The translations under genes were made by a program, and so were the position numbers. Below, in pieces: positions 54,713 through 63,833 of a stretch of DNA of 64,000 nucleotides. The DNA lies in assembly GCA_902770045.1 (NCBI GenBank), contig CACXRO010000004.1:7323-71322 (forward strand). The letters are read 5' to 3'. Below the pieces are notes generated by a model. It saw only the letters and a list, made by a program, of their open reading frames with translations, ran no database searches and was not told where the DNA came from. This DNA is from an uncultured bacterium. Its GTDB lineage: Bacteria; Verrucomicrobiota; Kiritimatiellia; RFP12; UBA1067. The stretch's first letter is position 1. The number at the start of each line of letters is the position of its first letter.

Positions 54713-55950
54713 GGCGGGGAAGCGCGCTGCTGATGGCCCTCTGGACGATCATGGTCCTCTCCGTGATCGTGATCTCGTTTTCCTTCGAGGCGCGGCTCCA
54801 GGGCGGCATCAACGTCTACGTCCAGAACAAGAACCGCGTCAAGCGGCTCGTCGAGTCCGGACGGATCCTCGGCGAGGCGGTGCTCCTCGGCTACAACGAC
54901 GCCAAGCAGTGGACCGAGGACGAGGACGAGAAGGAGCTCCTCGAGGACGACCGCTGGTACAAGGAGAAGCGCGACCTCAAGTACGCCTCGAAGTGCATCG
55001 TCGGCCCCATCCTGCTCGACGAGGACGACCCCGACTCCGGCACCGTCGAGGTCGAGATCTCCATTTCCGAACACGCCTCCGAGGGCGGCATCAACGTCAA
55101 CAAGCTCTTCTCCGAGGACCCCAACTACATCACCCGCTGGCAGATCATCCTCGACCGGCTCGGCGTCTCGCGCGAGGAAGACTTCCGTACCGAGGAAGGC
55201 AAGACCATCAACCTCCAGCACCGCGTCATCGCCTGCTGGAACGACTACCGTGACGAGGACGACGTCACCACCTCGATCGACGGCAAGGAGTGCGGCGCCG
55301 AGAACAAGGAATACGAGGAGTGGTACGACGACCACAAGAAGGATGTCGCCGAGGAAGACCGCTTCGGCCCGCTCAACGGCGAGATCACCGACATCAAGGA
55401 GCTCTCCCGCGTCCTCTGCTTCCGCGAGTACCCGGCGCTGCTCACCGGCGGCGTGGTGAACCCCTACGACGACCGCAAGAGCCAGGTCACGGTGAAGGGG
55501 CTCCTCAACATGAAGATCCTCTCCGCCACCGGCGACGGCAAGATCAACGTCAACGACTGCACCGTCGACCAGCTCCTAACCGTGCCCGGCATCTACGTCG
55601 AGGACGAGGTGGACGACGACGACAAGACCGAGAGCCTCGAGGTCGCCGAGGCGATCGTCAAGTGCCGCTCGATCAAGCCGCAGGAGTACGACGTGCCCGA
55701 GGACGGCCGCACCGAGTGGGGCTACGGCGAGTTCACCTCCGACTGGTGGTCGGACATGTGCCAGCGCGTCTCGGACGAGTTCGACGTCGAGGTCGACCAG
55801 GCCGCGCAGAAGTACCTCACCGCCGCGCCGTCCGAGTCCACCGTCTTCAAGATGCGGATCACCGCGCGGCTCATGGACATGTCGTACACCGCCGAGTGCG
55901 AGTGCTACGTGAAGGACAAGCAGGTCCGCTACGTGAGCTGGAAGGAGTAG
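54709..55950 (+). CDS. gspK: Minor pseudopilin GspK-like
   Basis: MRRGSALLMALWTIMVLSVIVISF, plus the helix-hairpin-helix-like DCTVDQLLTVPGI typical of T2SS protein K. Confidence 0.6.
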   Translation: MRRGSALLMALWTIMVLSVIVISFSFEARLQGGINVYVQNKNRVKRLVESGRILGEAVLLGYNDAKQWTEDEDEKELLEDDRWYKEKRDLKYASKCIVGPILLDEDDPDSGTVEVEISISEHASEGGINVNKLFSEDPNYITRWQIILDRLGVSREEDFRTEEGKTINLQHRVIACWNDYRDEDDVTTSIDGKECGAENKEYEEWYDDHKKDVAEEDRFGPLNGEITDIKELSRVLCFREYPALLTGGVVNPYDDRKSQVTVKGLLNMKILSATGDGKINVNDCTVDQLLTVPGIYVEDEVDDDDKTESLEVAEAIVKCRSIKPQEYDVPEDGRTEWGYGEFTSDWWSDMCQRVSDEFDVEVDQAAQKYLTAAPSESTVFKMRITARLMDMSYTAECECYVKDKQVRYVSWKE

Positions 55951-55955
55951 CCGAA

Positions 55956-56801
55956 GTGACCGATGTCGCGGTGATAGTGCTGATCGGACGCGAGCGCCTG
56001 CACATCGCGCGGTGCGTGGAGCGCCTCGGCCCCCTCGCGCCGCGGCAGGTCTTCGTCGTCGCCTCGCAGCCCGACGACGGCGGCGAGGCCCTCGCGCGCG
56101 ACGCCGCGCGGCGGCTCGGCTGGGCCGTGGACGCGCAGGACCCCGCGCGCCCGTCGCTGGAGATCCGCTTCCACGAATGGCCGGGCAATCAGGCGGTCCA
56201 GCTCAACTGGGCGATCGACAGCCTGCCGCTCGCGGCGGAATGGGTGCTGCGGCTCGACGCCGACGAGTACCTCCTGCAGGAGACCGTCGAGGAGCTCAAG
56301 GCGACGCTCCCCGCGACCGACGCCACCTCGCTTGCCTTCCCGCTCTCGCGGCGCATCTTCGGCGGACCCATCCGCCACGGCATGCCCGAGATCGTGCTCG
56401 TGCGCGCATTCCGCCGCGGACTCGGGCGCTCGACCGGCGCGGAGATGGACGAGCGGTTCGTGACCGAGCGCGGAACCTGCCTGCGGATGAATGGCGGGTT
56501 CGTGGACGATTCGCTCCTGCCGCTCGCGGACTGGAAGCAGAAGCACCGCGACTACGCGCGGCGAGAGGCGAGGATGGCCGTCGAGGGGCGCGCCAACGGC
56601 AACAAGCGCCTCTACTACCGCCTGCCGCCGTACCTGCGCGCAGTCGCCTACTTCGCCTGGCGCTACTTCCTGCGCCTCGGCTTCCTCGACGGACTCCCCG
56701 GCTGGCGCTGGCACTTCTGGCAGGGACTCTGGTACCGCCTCCTCGTCGACTGCGAGATTTCTTGCCTGAAACGAACCACGAACCACGAACCACGAATATG
56801 A
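55956..56801 (+). CDS. Family 2 glycosyltransferase-like protein (GTG start); C-terminal tail encoded by a repeat
   Basis: VAVIVLIGRERLHIARC..LRLDADEYL (DxD-like). The last residues KRTTNHEPRI come from the GAACCACG array. Confidence 0.6.
   Translation: MTDVAVIVLIGRERLHIARCVERLGPLAPRQVFVVASQPDDGGEALARDAARRLGWAVDAQDPARPSLEIRFHEWPGNQAVQLNWAIDSLPLAAEWVLRLDADEYLLQETVEELKATLPATDATSLAFPLSRRIFGGPIRHGMPEIVLVRAFRRGLGRSTGAEMDERFVTERGTCLRMNGGFVDDSLLPLADWKQKHRDYARREARMAVEGRANGNKRLYYRLPPYLRAVAYFAWRYFLRLGFLDGLPGWRWHFWQGLWYRLLVDCEISCLKRTTNHEPRI
56771..56796. repeat. CGAACCAC octamer x3 (GGTTCGTG family)
   Basis: acgaaccacgaaccacgaaccacgaa. It forms the 3' end of the GT2 gene and abuts the proS promoter. 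Confidence 0.9.
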
Positions 56802-56808
56802 TATAATA
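56798..56808 (+). promoter_or_regulatory. Extended -10 promoter TGATATAATAC; near-leaderless proS
   Basis: The -10 hexamer is at 56801-56806. Only 8 nt separate it from ATG 56815 and there is no SD. Confidence 0.5.
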
Positions 56809-56814
56809 CGCGCC

Positions 56815-58530
56815 ATGAAATGGTCTAAGCTGATGATACAGACGCTCCGGGAGGACCCGGGCGACGCCGAAATCGACTCGCACAAGCTCATGGTCCGCGC
56901 CGGACTCATGAAGAAAGCCGCCGGCGGCCTCTACACCTACCTGCCGCTCGGCATGCGCGTCCTCAACAAGGTCCAGCGCATCGTCCGCGAGGAGATGGAC
57001 CGCGCCGGCGCGCAGGAGATCGTAATGCCGATCCTCCAGCCCGCCGAGCTCTGGAAGACCTCCGGCCGCTGGGAGTCGATGGGCCCCGGGATGTTCCGCC
57101 TCAAGGACCGCGGCGCTCACGACTACGCGCTCTCGCCGACCGCCGAGGAGATGGTGACCGACCTCGTCAAGGGCGTCGTCAGCTCCTACCGCCAGCTGCC
57201 GGTCACGGTCTACCAGATCCAGTGGAAGTTCCGCGACGAGATCCGCCCGCGCTTCGGCCTCATGCGCTCGAAGGAGTTCCTGATGAAGGACGCATATTCC
57301 TTTGATGTCTCGCTTGACGCGGCGGACGCGAGCTATATGGCGATGTTCGAGGCGTACAAGCGCGTCTTCGCTCGCTGCGGCCTCAAGGCCTATCCGGTCG
57401 AGGCCGACACCGGCGACATCGGCGGCAAGTTCAGCCACGAGTTCCACGTGCTCGCCGACTCGGGCGAGGACGGCATCGCCTTCTGCGGCGGCTGCGGCTA
57501 CGCCGCCAACCTCGAGAAGGCCGAGCGCCGCGTCGCCCCGCGCGCCGACGCTCCCTGCGGCGAGATGGAGACCATCCCCACGCCCGGCGCCAAGACGATC
57601 GACGAGGTCTCGAAGTTCATGGGCGTGCCCGGCTCGGCGTTCGTCAAGTCCCTCGTCTATCTCGCCGACGGCAGACCGGTCATGGTCTGCGTCCCCGGCG
57701 ACCGCGATGTCAACGAGGTGAAGCTCCGCCACTTCCTCGACGCCAAGAAGGTGGAGCTCGCCGACTTCGAGACGGTGCTCCGCGCGACCGGCGCGAACGC
57801 CGGCTCGGTGGGCCCGGTCAAGCCGGCCGACGCGTCCCTCCGCATCGTCTGCGACCAGGAGCTCAGGGGCGCGAAGGGCTGCATCGTCGGCGCCAACCGC
57901 GACGACCACCACATCAAGAACGTCGACCTCGACCGCGACGCGAAGATCGCGCCCGGCGACTACGCCGACCTGGTGGTCGTCCGCGACGGCGACATCTGCG
58001 CCAAGTGCGGCCAGCCGCTCGCCATCCGCCGCGGCATCGAGGTGGGTCACGTCTTCAAGCTCGGCACCAAGTACACCGACGCCTTCAAGGCCGTCTACAA
58101 GAACGACAGCCTCGAGGAGCGCACGATGGTGATGGGCTGCTACGGCATCGGCGTCTCGCGCACGGTCCAGGCCGTCATCGAGCAGAGCCACGACGCGAAC
58201 GGCATCGTCTGGCCGGCGTCCGTCGCCCCGTTCCAGGTCTGCATCTGTCTGCTCGACCCGGACAACGCCGACGCCGCCCAGGTCGCCGCGAAGCTCGAGT
58301 CGGAGCTGGAGGCGAAGGGGATCGACGTCATCGTCGACGACCGCCAGGAGCGTCCGGGCGTCAAGTTCAAGGACGCCGACCTCATCGGCTTCACCGTTCG
58401 CGTCGTCGTCGGTGCCAAGGGACTCGCCGCCGGCGGAGTCGAGGTGAAGCGCCGGTGCGACGAGAAGTCCGCCACCCGGGTCGTGCCGCCCGCCGAGGCC
58501 GCCGAGGCCGTAGCCTCTTTGCTCGCATGA
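56815..58530 (+). CDS. proS: Proline--tRNA ligase (bacterial type with editing domain)
   Basis: MKWSKLMIQTLREDPGDAEIDSHKLMVRAG..WKFRDEIRPRFGLMRSKEFLMKDAYSF..GCYGIGVSR. Confidence 0.93.
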   Translation: MKWSKLMIQTLREDPGDAEIDSHKLMVRAGLMKKAAGGLYTYLPLGMRVLNKVQRIVREEMDRAGAQEIVMPILQPAELWKTSGRWESMGPGMFRLKDRGAHDYALSPTAEEMVTDLVKGVVSSYRQLPVTVYQIQWKFRDEIRPRFGLMRSKEFLMKDAYSFDVSLDAADASYMAMFEAYKRVFARCGLKAYPVEADTGDIGGKFSHEFHVLADSGEDGIAFCGGCGYAANLEKAERRVAPRADAPCGEMETIPTPGAKTIDEVSKFMGVPGSAFVKSLVYLADGRPVMVCVPGDRDVNEVKLRHFLDAKKVELADFETVLRATGANAGSVGPVKPADASLRIVCDQELRGAKGCIVGANRDDHHIKNVDLDRDAKIAPGDYADLVVVRDGDICAKCGQPLAIRRGIEVGHVFKLGTKYTDAFKAVYKNDSLEERTMVMGCYGIGVSRTVQAVIEQSHDANGIVWPASVAPFQVCICLLDPDNADAAQVAAKLESELEAKGIDVIVDDRQERPGVKFKDADLIGFTVRVVVGAKGLAAGGVEVKRRCDEKSATRVVPPAEAAEAVASLLA

Positions 58531-59339
58531 CCGCTGCGGTCCTGCTGGCCGCCGCCGCGCTGGTGGCCGCCTCGGCCGCCGGCCCGGCCGGGCGCGGCGC
58601 GCCGACGTTTACGGACGAGTTCGACGGCGCCGGGCTCGACGCGCAAGTCTGGAGCGACTGGGAGGCGTCTTTCCAGGGCCGCCGCGCAGGGTTTCTTTTC
58701 GCCCGGGACAATGTCGCGGTCTCCAACGGATGCCTCAACCTGACCGCGCGGCTGCTGCGCACGGACGAGAAGACGGTGGAGAATCTCCGCCGCGGCTTCG
58801 ACACCTACGCCACCGCCTATGTTCGCCGCCGCGAAAAGAGCTTCTACGGCTACTACGAGTGCCGCGCTCGGACGATGGACTCGAAGGTGTGCAACGCCTT
58901 CTGGCTCTACGACCCGCTCTCCGACCAGCCCGAACGCAAGTTCCGCGTCGGCGACGTCTCGGAGGAGATCGACATGTTCGAGATCTTCGGCTCGTTGCGC
59001 GAATGGTACGGTACGGTCCACTGCCTTAAGACGCCGTATCTCGAGGGAATCGTCCACGGCGGGGTGGAGAAACTGCCGGAGAAGTCGAAGAAGGTGGCGC
59101 TCGATTTCAATCCCGCCGCGGAGTTCCACGTCTATGGCTTCCTCTGGTCCCGCGACCGCCTCGCCTGGTACATCGACGGCAAGGAGGTCTTTTCGCGCGC
59201 GAACGACCGCTTCCACCGTCCGCTCCACGTCACCTTCGACTGCGAGATCATGTACACCTGGGTCGGCGAGCCCGACCGCACCCGCCTCCCGCAGGTCTAC
59301 TCCATCGACTACTTCCGCCACTGGTCCAGTCCGGAATGA
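58527..59339 (+). CDS. Secreted GH16-family glycoside hydrolase
   Basis: Ala-rich signal peptide. Catalytic-type motif SEEIDMFE (ExDxxE). ATGA overlap with proS. Confidence 0.7.
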   Translation: MTAAVLLAAAALVAASAAGPAGRGAPTFTDEFDGAGLDAQVWSDWEASFQGRRAGFLFARDNVAVSNGCLNLTARLLRTDEKTVENLRRGFDTYATAYVRRREKSFYGYYECRARTMDSKVCNAFWLYDPLSDQPERKFRVGDVSEEIDMFEIFGSLREWYGTVHCLKTPYLEGIVHGGVEKLPEKSKKVALDFNPAAEFHVYGFLWSRDRLAWYIDGKEVFSRANDRFHRPLHVTFDCEIMYTWVGEPDRTRLPQVYSIDYFRHWSSPE

Positions 59340-59446
59340 TGGCATAGTCTCTGCTAGTGCAGTGGGCATGCCTAATCCAAACAGCCTGTCGCTAAGGATC
59401 GAACAGCATATTGTCCGGTCACGATTTGAACATAGTATTCAGAATA

Positions 59447-59457
59447 TGATAAAATAC
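59447..59457 (+). promoter_or_regulatory. Extended -10 promoter TGATAAAATAC
   Basis: About 35 nt upstream of ATG 59494, which has a GGGAGG SD. Confidence 0.4.
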
Positions 59458-59493
59458 GCGTCAGCCAATCGAACGAGAAAGGGAGGTGGCGCG

Positions 59494-61002
59494 ATGGAGC
59501 GGAATTCAAACCTGATTCTGACGGGCTGGGGCTACGCGGAATACGTGGCCTCGGCAGCGGTCGCATTGAAGGCACTTGGCGGCAGAGCGGACGTGTACGG
59601 CGTGAGCCGCAGGCGTTTGCCGGAGTTCCTTGGGGAACTTGCGGGAGAGCGCGGAACGCCGCAATGGAAGCACATCTACTTGCTTGGCCTCTCGTTGAGC
59701 GGCGATCCTGAATCGCTCAAGGCAGCTCTTGCAAAGCTGAAGGCAAAGGGCGTGGAGGTGACGTGGATAAGTGCGCTTGAAATGCCCGAACATATCGCCG
59801 CCCTGCTTGACGGCGTCGTGAAGGTGCGCTGCTATGACGGGAGCCTTCTCGAAGCGGTCGGGCAGACGTTTGGAGTGGACGTCGAGGTGTTCATGCCGTT
59901 CCTCAAAGATCGAAAGAGAGTGTCGGCAGATGTTCGCGCCTACTTCACGCTGATCGACACGGCGCAGTTCTATTACCGAAACTACCAGGACGAATCGCTC
60001 TATGCCACGACCGCCCGCTATCTTGCCGGCGGCGTTCGCCCTGCGGCGTGGGAGCCGGATGTCAGGAGTGCTGTCGAACATTACGAACGCTACGGTAGCA
60101 GAGAGCTGCTGGGGAAAAGCGACGAGATCACGACATTGCAGGATCGCATCAACCGGGTGGCGGCGCATGAACACGCCCGTGTCCTCATCCTCGGCGAAAG
60201 CGGCACCGGCAAGGAGACCGTCGCCCAGCAGATTCATACTAAAAGCCCGAGAAGCAAGATGCCGTTCATCGCCTTCAACTGCGCGAGCGTGACGAAAGAC
60301 CTGCTGGAGGATCGCTTCTTCGGCCACGAGCGCGGGGCGTTCACGAACGCCGTGGAGCGGACGGACGGTTTGTTTCTCCAGGCGGACGGCGGCACGCTCT
60401 TCCTTGATGAGATTGGAGAGATGCCGCTGGAGGTTCAGGCGCTACTCCTGCGCGTTCTCGAAGGCGGACGGTTCATGCGCGTGGGCGGCAGGGAGGAGTT
60501 GAAGTGCGACGTTCGACTCATCACGGCCACAAACCGCGACTTGCCGCGCCTCGTGGTTGAGGGCAAGTTCCGCGAAGACCTATACCAGCGCCTCAACGTG
60601 GTGCAGATGAGAACGCCGTCCCTGCGCGAACACAAGGATGACATACCGATCATCGCCAACGCATGGTGGCGCAAGTTCCACGACAACGCCGTTCTCAAAG
60701 AAGAGCAGATTGCCGCGCTGATGGACTACGACTATCCCGGCAATGTCCGCGAACTTATCAACATCCTTGACAGGGCGACCGCCCTGGAGGAGTATGATTT
60801 TGACGCCCTGATGCACGAACACAGGGAGATGAATGCGGGTCTTTCGGGTGGACTGGAATTGAAGTCTGGTCGCGTTCCCGACAAACTCGAAGACGCGATT
60901 CGCCTCCATATCCGCCGCGTGTACGAGAAGTACGGTCAGAATCTCACCCGTGCCGCCGAAGCGCTCGACGTTAGTCGGAATACCGTGCGGAAATATTTGT
61001 AG
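59494..61002 (+). CDS. Sigma54-interacting AAA+ transcriptional activator with an unassigned ~180 aa N-terminal domain and a Fis-type HTH
   Basis: VLILGESGTGKETVAQ (Walker A), GAFTNA (GAFTGA variant), LFLDEIGEM (Walker B), RFMRVGG, LYQRLNV. C-terminus NLTRAAEALDVSRNTVRKYL. Confidence 0.85.
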   Translation: MERNSNLILTGWGYAEYVASAAVALKALGGRADVYGVSRRRLPEFLGELAGERGTPQWKHIYLLGLSLSGDPESLKAALAKLKAKGVEVTWISALEMPEHIAALLDGVVKVRCYDGSLLEAVGQTFGVDVEVFMPFLKDRKRVSADVRAYFTLIDTAQFYYRNYQDESLYATTARYLAGGVRPAAWEPDVRSAVEHYERYGSRELLGKSDEITTLQDRINRVAAHEHARVLILGESGTGKETVAQQIHTKSPRSKMPFIAFNCASVTKDLLEDRFFGHERGAFTNAVERTDGLFLQADGGTLFLDEIGEMPLEVQALLLRVLEGGRFMRVGGREELKCDVRLITATNRDLPRLVVEGKFREDLYQRLNVVQMRTPSLREHKDDIPIIANAWWRKFHDNAVLKEEQIAALMDYDYPGNVRELINILDRATALEEYDFDALMHEHREMNAGLSGGLELKSGRVPDKLEDAIRLHIRRVYEKYGQNLTRAAEALDVSRNTVRKYL

Positions 61003-61016
61003 GGTGGGGTTTGTTT

Positions 61017-61045
61017 CCCGCAGAGACGCAGAGTCGCTGAGAGGA
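61017..61045. repeat. GCAGAGAC-family repeat, ending in the SD of the next gene
   Basis: cccgcagagacgcagagtcgctgagagga. The ATG at 61054 follows 8 nt later. Confidence 0.85.
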
Positions 61046-61053
61046 GTTTCTAA

Positions 61054-61995
61054 ATGGAAAAGAATGAGATAGTGTTGTTTGAGTCCGAAGATGGCGCGGT
61101 ATCGTTGCCGGTATCGGTCGAGGCTGATACCGTATGGCTGACCCGTATGCAGATGGCGAATCTATTTGGCGTCACGCCGCAGAATATCACAATCCACCTC
61201 AAAAAGGTGTATGCGGCTGGCGAATTGGAAAGATCGTCAACTAGTAAAGATTTTTTACTAGTTCAAGAAGAAGGAGGACGTCAGATAGCCCGTTCTGTGA
61301 ATTGTTACAATCTTGACGCAATCATTTCGGTCGGTTATCGTGTCAATTCCTCGCGCGCTACGCAATTTCGCATCTGGGCCACTAAAGTCTTGAAAGAGTA
61401 TATGTTGCGTGGCTATGCAGTCAACCGTGAGCGTATCCGCCAGCTCGGCCAGACGGTTGAGGTGATGAAGCGGGTTGTCAACAACCTTGACACCGAGCAG
61501 GTGCTTGACGTCGTCCAGACCTACTCGGCGGCGCTTGATCTGTTGGACGGCTACGACCACCAGACGATTGAGAAACCGAAGGCAAAGGGGCGCGCGGTCG
61601 AGTTATCCTACGAGGAGTGCCGCCGCTTCATTGACAGCATGAAGTTCGCGGCGGATTCGCCGCTGTTCGGCAACGAGAAGGACGGTTCGTTCAAGTCCGC
61701 GCTCGGGGCGGTTTACCAGTCTTTTGGCGGAAAGGACCTCTATCCGTCTTCGCAGGAGAAGGCGGCGAACCTGCTGTATCTCGTCACGAAGAACCACGGC
61801 TTCTCTGACGGCAACAAGCGAATTGCCGCCGGGCTGTTCCTGTATTTTCTGAAGCGCAACCGGCTGCTTCTTCGCAAGGACGGCTCGAAGCGCATCGCCG
61901 ACCATACGCTCGTTGCGCTTACGGTGATGATTGCAGAATCCAAGCCGCAGGAGAAAGAGCTGATGGTCAATCTCGTGATGACGTTTCTGAAGTGA
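61054..61995 (+). CDS. RhuM-family N-terminal domain fused to a Fic/Doc domain
   Basis: The RhuM-like N-terminus is VWLTRMQMANLFGVTPQNITIHLKKVY..SVGYRVNSSRATQFRIWATKVLKEY. The Doc-type motif is KNHGFSDGNKRIAAGLF. Confidence 0.8.
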   Translation: MEKNEIVLFESEDGAVSLPVSVEADTVWLTRMQMANLFGVTPQNITIHLKKVYAAGELERSSTSKDFLLVQEEGGRQIARSVNCYNLDAIISVGYRVNSSRATQFRIWATKVLKEYMLRGYAVNRERIRQLGQTVEVMKRVVNNLDTEQVLDVVQTYSAALDLLDGYDHQTIEKPKAKGRAVELSYEECRRFIDSMKFAADSPLFGNEKDGSFKSALGAVYQSFGGKDLYPSSQEKAANLLYLVTKNHGFSDGNKRIAAGLFLYFLKRNRLLLRKDGSKRIADHTLVALTVMIAESKPQEKELMVNLVMTFLK

Positions 61996-62004
61996 GTTTA
62001 TATC

Positions 62005-62036
62005 TCCCGCAGAGACGCAGAGGCGCAGAGAGGAGG
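62005..62036. repeat. GCAGAGAC-family repeat (left arm flanking the GxxExxY gene), supplies the SD
   Basis: tcccgcagagacgcagaggcgcagagaggagg, followed by tagatATG at 62042. Confidence 0.9.
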
Positions 62037-62041
62037 TAGAT

Positions 62042-62581
62042 ATGATAGAAGATGACGTGAGACAGATAACTGGCGACGTAATTGATTCGGCGATGAAGAT
62101 TCATAAGATGTTTGGACCAGGAATGTTGGAGTCGGTTTACGAACGGATGCTGGCGATAGAACTTAAGAGACGGGGGCATGGTGTGGAATGTCAGAAATCA
62201 ATCGGCTTTATGTATGAGGGCGAGGCGTTTGAAGATGCATTTCGTCTTGATTTGCTTGTGGACGGGGAAGTTGTTGTCGAGTTGAAATCTACCAGCACGA
62301 TGAATCCTGTTTTTGCCAAGCAACTTCGGACATATCTTGTTCTCTCCGGCTTGGAAATAGGCTTGGTTATTAATTTTGGTATGGCATTGATGAAAGACGG
62401 TATAGTGCGGGTAATCAACAGCCACAATCTAAACTGTTCTCAGAATCCACTCTGCGCCTCTGCGTCTCTGCGGGGAAGAGAAAAAGGGTTTCCCACAGAG
62501 GCACAGAGACACAGAGAAAAGGGCGGAACAACACTCTGCGCCTCTGCGTCTCTGCGGGAAACAAAAAAGGAACAACCATGA
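62042..62581 (+). CDS. GxxExxY-family PD-(D/E)XK-like protein with a ~50 aa repeat-encoded C-terminal extension
   Basis: [17 protein letters not shown] (GxxExxY), [13 protein letters not shown] (D..ExK), GLVINFG. Family-typical length ends near 62430. The ORF then reads through three repeats (..[23 protein letters not shown]..) to a stop overlapping the macro ATG. Confidence 0.8.
   Translation: MIEDDVRQITGDVIDSAMKIHKMFGPGMLESVYERMLAIELKRRGHGVECQKSIGFMYEGEAFEDAFRLDLLVDGEVVVELKSTSTMNPVFAKQLRTYLVLSGLEIGLVINFGMALMKDGIVRVINSHNLNCSQNPLCASASLRGREKGFPTEAQRHREKGGTTLCASASLRETKKEQP
62448..62559. repeat. Three GCAGAGAC-family units: inverted (62448-62475), forward variant (62491-62523), inverted (62532-62559)
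   Basis: cactctgcgcctctgcgtctctgcggg occurs twice identically. The reverse complement of its core equals 62006-62030 (25 nt). Confidence 0.9.
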
Positions 62582-63192
62582 TCAAGATTATCCAGGGCGA
62601 TATAACGACACTTGCGGTGGATGCCATCGTCAACGCGGCGAACCAGGTGATGCTTGGTGGAGGCGGTGTTGATGGCGCGATTCACCGCGCCGCCGGGCCG
62701 GAGCTTTACGAGGCGTGCCTCAAGGTTCCGGAGGTGCGGCCGGGCGTACGCTGCCCGACGGGCGAGGCGCGCATCACGACGGGCTTCAAGTTGCCTGCAA
62801 AGTTTGTAATCCACACAGTCGGCCCGGTCTATCGCGAGATAACCGCCCCTTGCGGGGGTTCGCGACCCATGGGGAAGCGAACACGCCGAGCGGAGCGAGT
62901 GCCGAGACTTCATGGCGAGCCCGAAAAACTTGCGGCCTGCTACCGCAACTCGCTTGCTCTCGCGATGGAGAACGGCTGCAAGTCCATCGCATTCCCCTGT
63001 ATCTCGACAGGTATCTACGGCTATCCGAAGGAAGATGCCGCGGAGATTGCGGTGCGGGAGGTGGAGGAATTTCTAGCCGCATCCACCTCCGCGCCTTGCG
63101 CTACGGTGGACGAGAAGAACGCAGAGATGGACGTGATCTTCTGCTGCTTCTCGACGCACGATGTGGCGGTGTATGAACGATTGCTGAAATGA
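62578..63192 (+). CDS. Macro-domain protein (YmdB/MacroD-like ADP-ribose-processing hydrolase)
   Basis: [54 protein letters not shown]. Confidence 0.88.
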   Translation: MIKIIQGDITTLAVDAIVNAANQVMLGGGGVDGAIHRAAGPELYEACLKVPEVRPGVRCPTGEARITTGFKLPAKFVIHTVGPVYREITAPCGGSRPMGKRTRRAERVPRLHGEPEKLAACYRNSLALAMENGCKSIAFPCISTGIYGYPKEDAAEIAVREVEEFLAASTSAPCATVDEKNAEMDVIFCCFSTHDVAVYERLLK

Positions 63193-63224
63193 TATATGGA
63201 ATTGAACAGGAAAGGATTTTTGCA

Positions 63225-63833
63225 ATGAAGGCAAACTATGTGATGATAGATTTCGAGAATGTCACCCCTGATAATCTCGACGCGTTGAAGCAGACGGACT
63301 TCAAAGTTATGCTTTTTGTCGGCGAAGGCCAAAAGAGCATCCCGAAACAAATTGCAATGGCGATGCAGCGCATCGGAGCAAAAGGGGAATATGTCGAGAT
63401 TGGAGGGACTGGGCACAATGCGCTTGACTTCCACATTGCCTATTACGTTGGTTGCATTTCAGTAGAGGACAAGGACGCATATTTTCACATTGTCTCAAAA
63501 GACAAAGGTTTCGATCCGCTTGTAAAGCATTTGCATGGTCGTGGCATTTTCATTGATCGTGTTGAGTCAATAGAGGCAATTCCGGCCTTGATGCAGGCCA
63601 AGTCTTCTAAAATGTCTCTCAGAGATCAGGTTGCACAGACGAAAGAGCGATTGTCAAAGCCTGGCGTAACGCTGCCTCGGTCGCGCAAGACGCTGTCCAA
63701 TCATGTCAATGCCATGTTTGGCAAGTTGTTGCCAGAGGAGCGTGTCGTGGCAATTGTTGATGCATTATTTGTAGAAGGGTTTGCATTTGAGAATGGCAAA
63801 CGTGTTGAATTCAAATGTGAGCGCAAAGCGTAA
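63225..63833 (+). CDS. PIN/NYN-like domain protein (tentative)
   Basis: VMIDFENV..MLFVGEGQ..HNALDFHIAYY..HIVSKDKGFD resembles the acidic-residue pattern of NYN/LabA-type PIN folds. AGGAAAGGA upstream. Confidence 0.4.
   Translation: MKANYVMIDFENVTPDNLDALKQTDFKVMLFVGEGQKSIPKQIAMAMQRIGAKGEYVEIGGTGHNALDFHIAYYVGCISVEDKDAYFHIVSKDKGFDPLVKHLHGRGIFIDRVESIEAIPALMQAKSSKMSLRDQVAQTKERLSKPGVTLPRSRKTLSNHVNAMFGKLLPEERVVAIVDALFVEGFAFENGKRVEFKCERKA

Noticed and set aside
62448-62559. Possible CRISPR array, because the 27 nt sequence cactctgcgcctctgcgtctctgcggg is repeated (similarly the octamer arrays at 32488-32568).
   Set aside because: There are only two direct copies, separated by an inverted variant of the same repeat rather than by unique spacers. 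No cas genes are present. The other arrays are contiguous 8-mers without spacers and lie inside ORFs.
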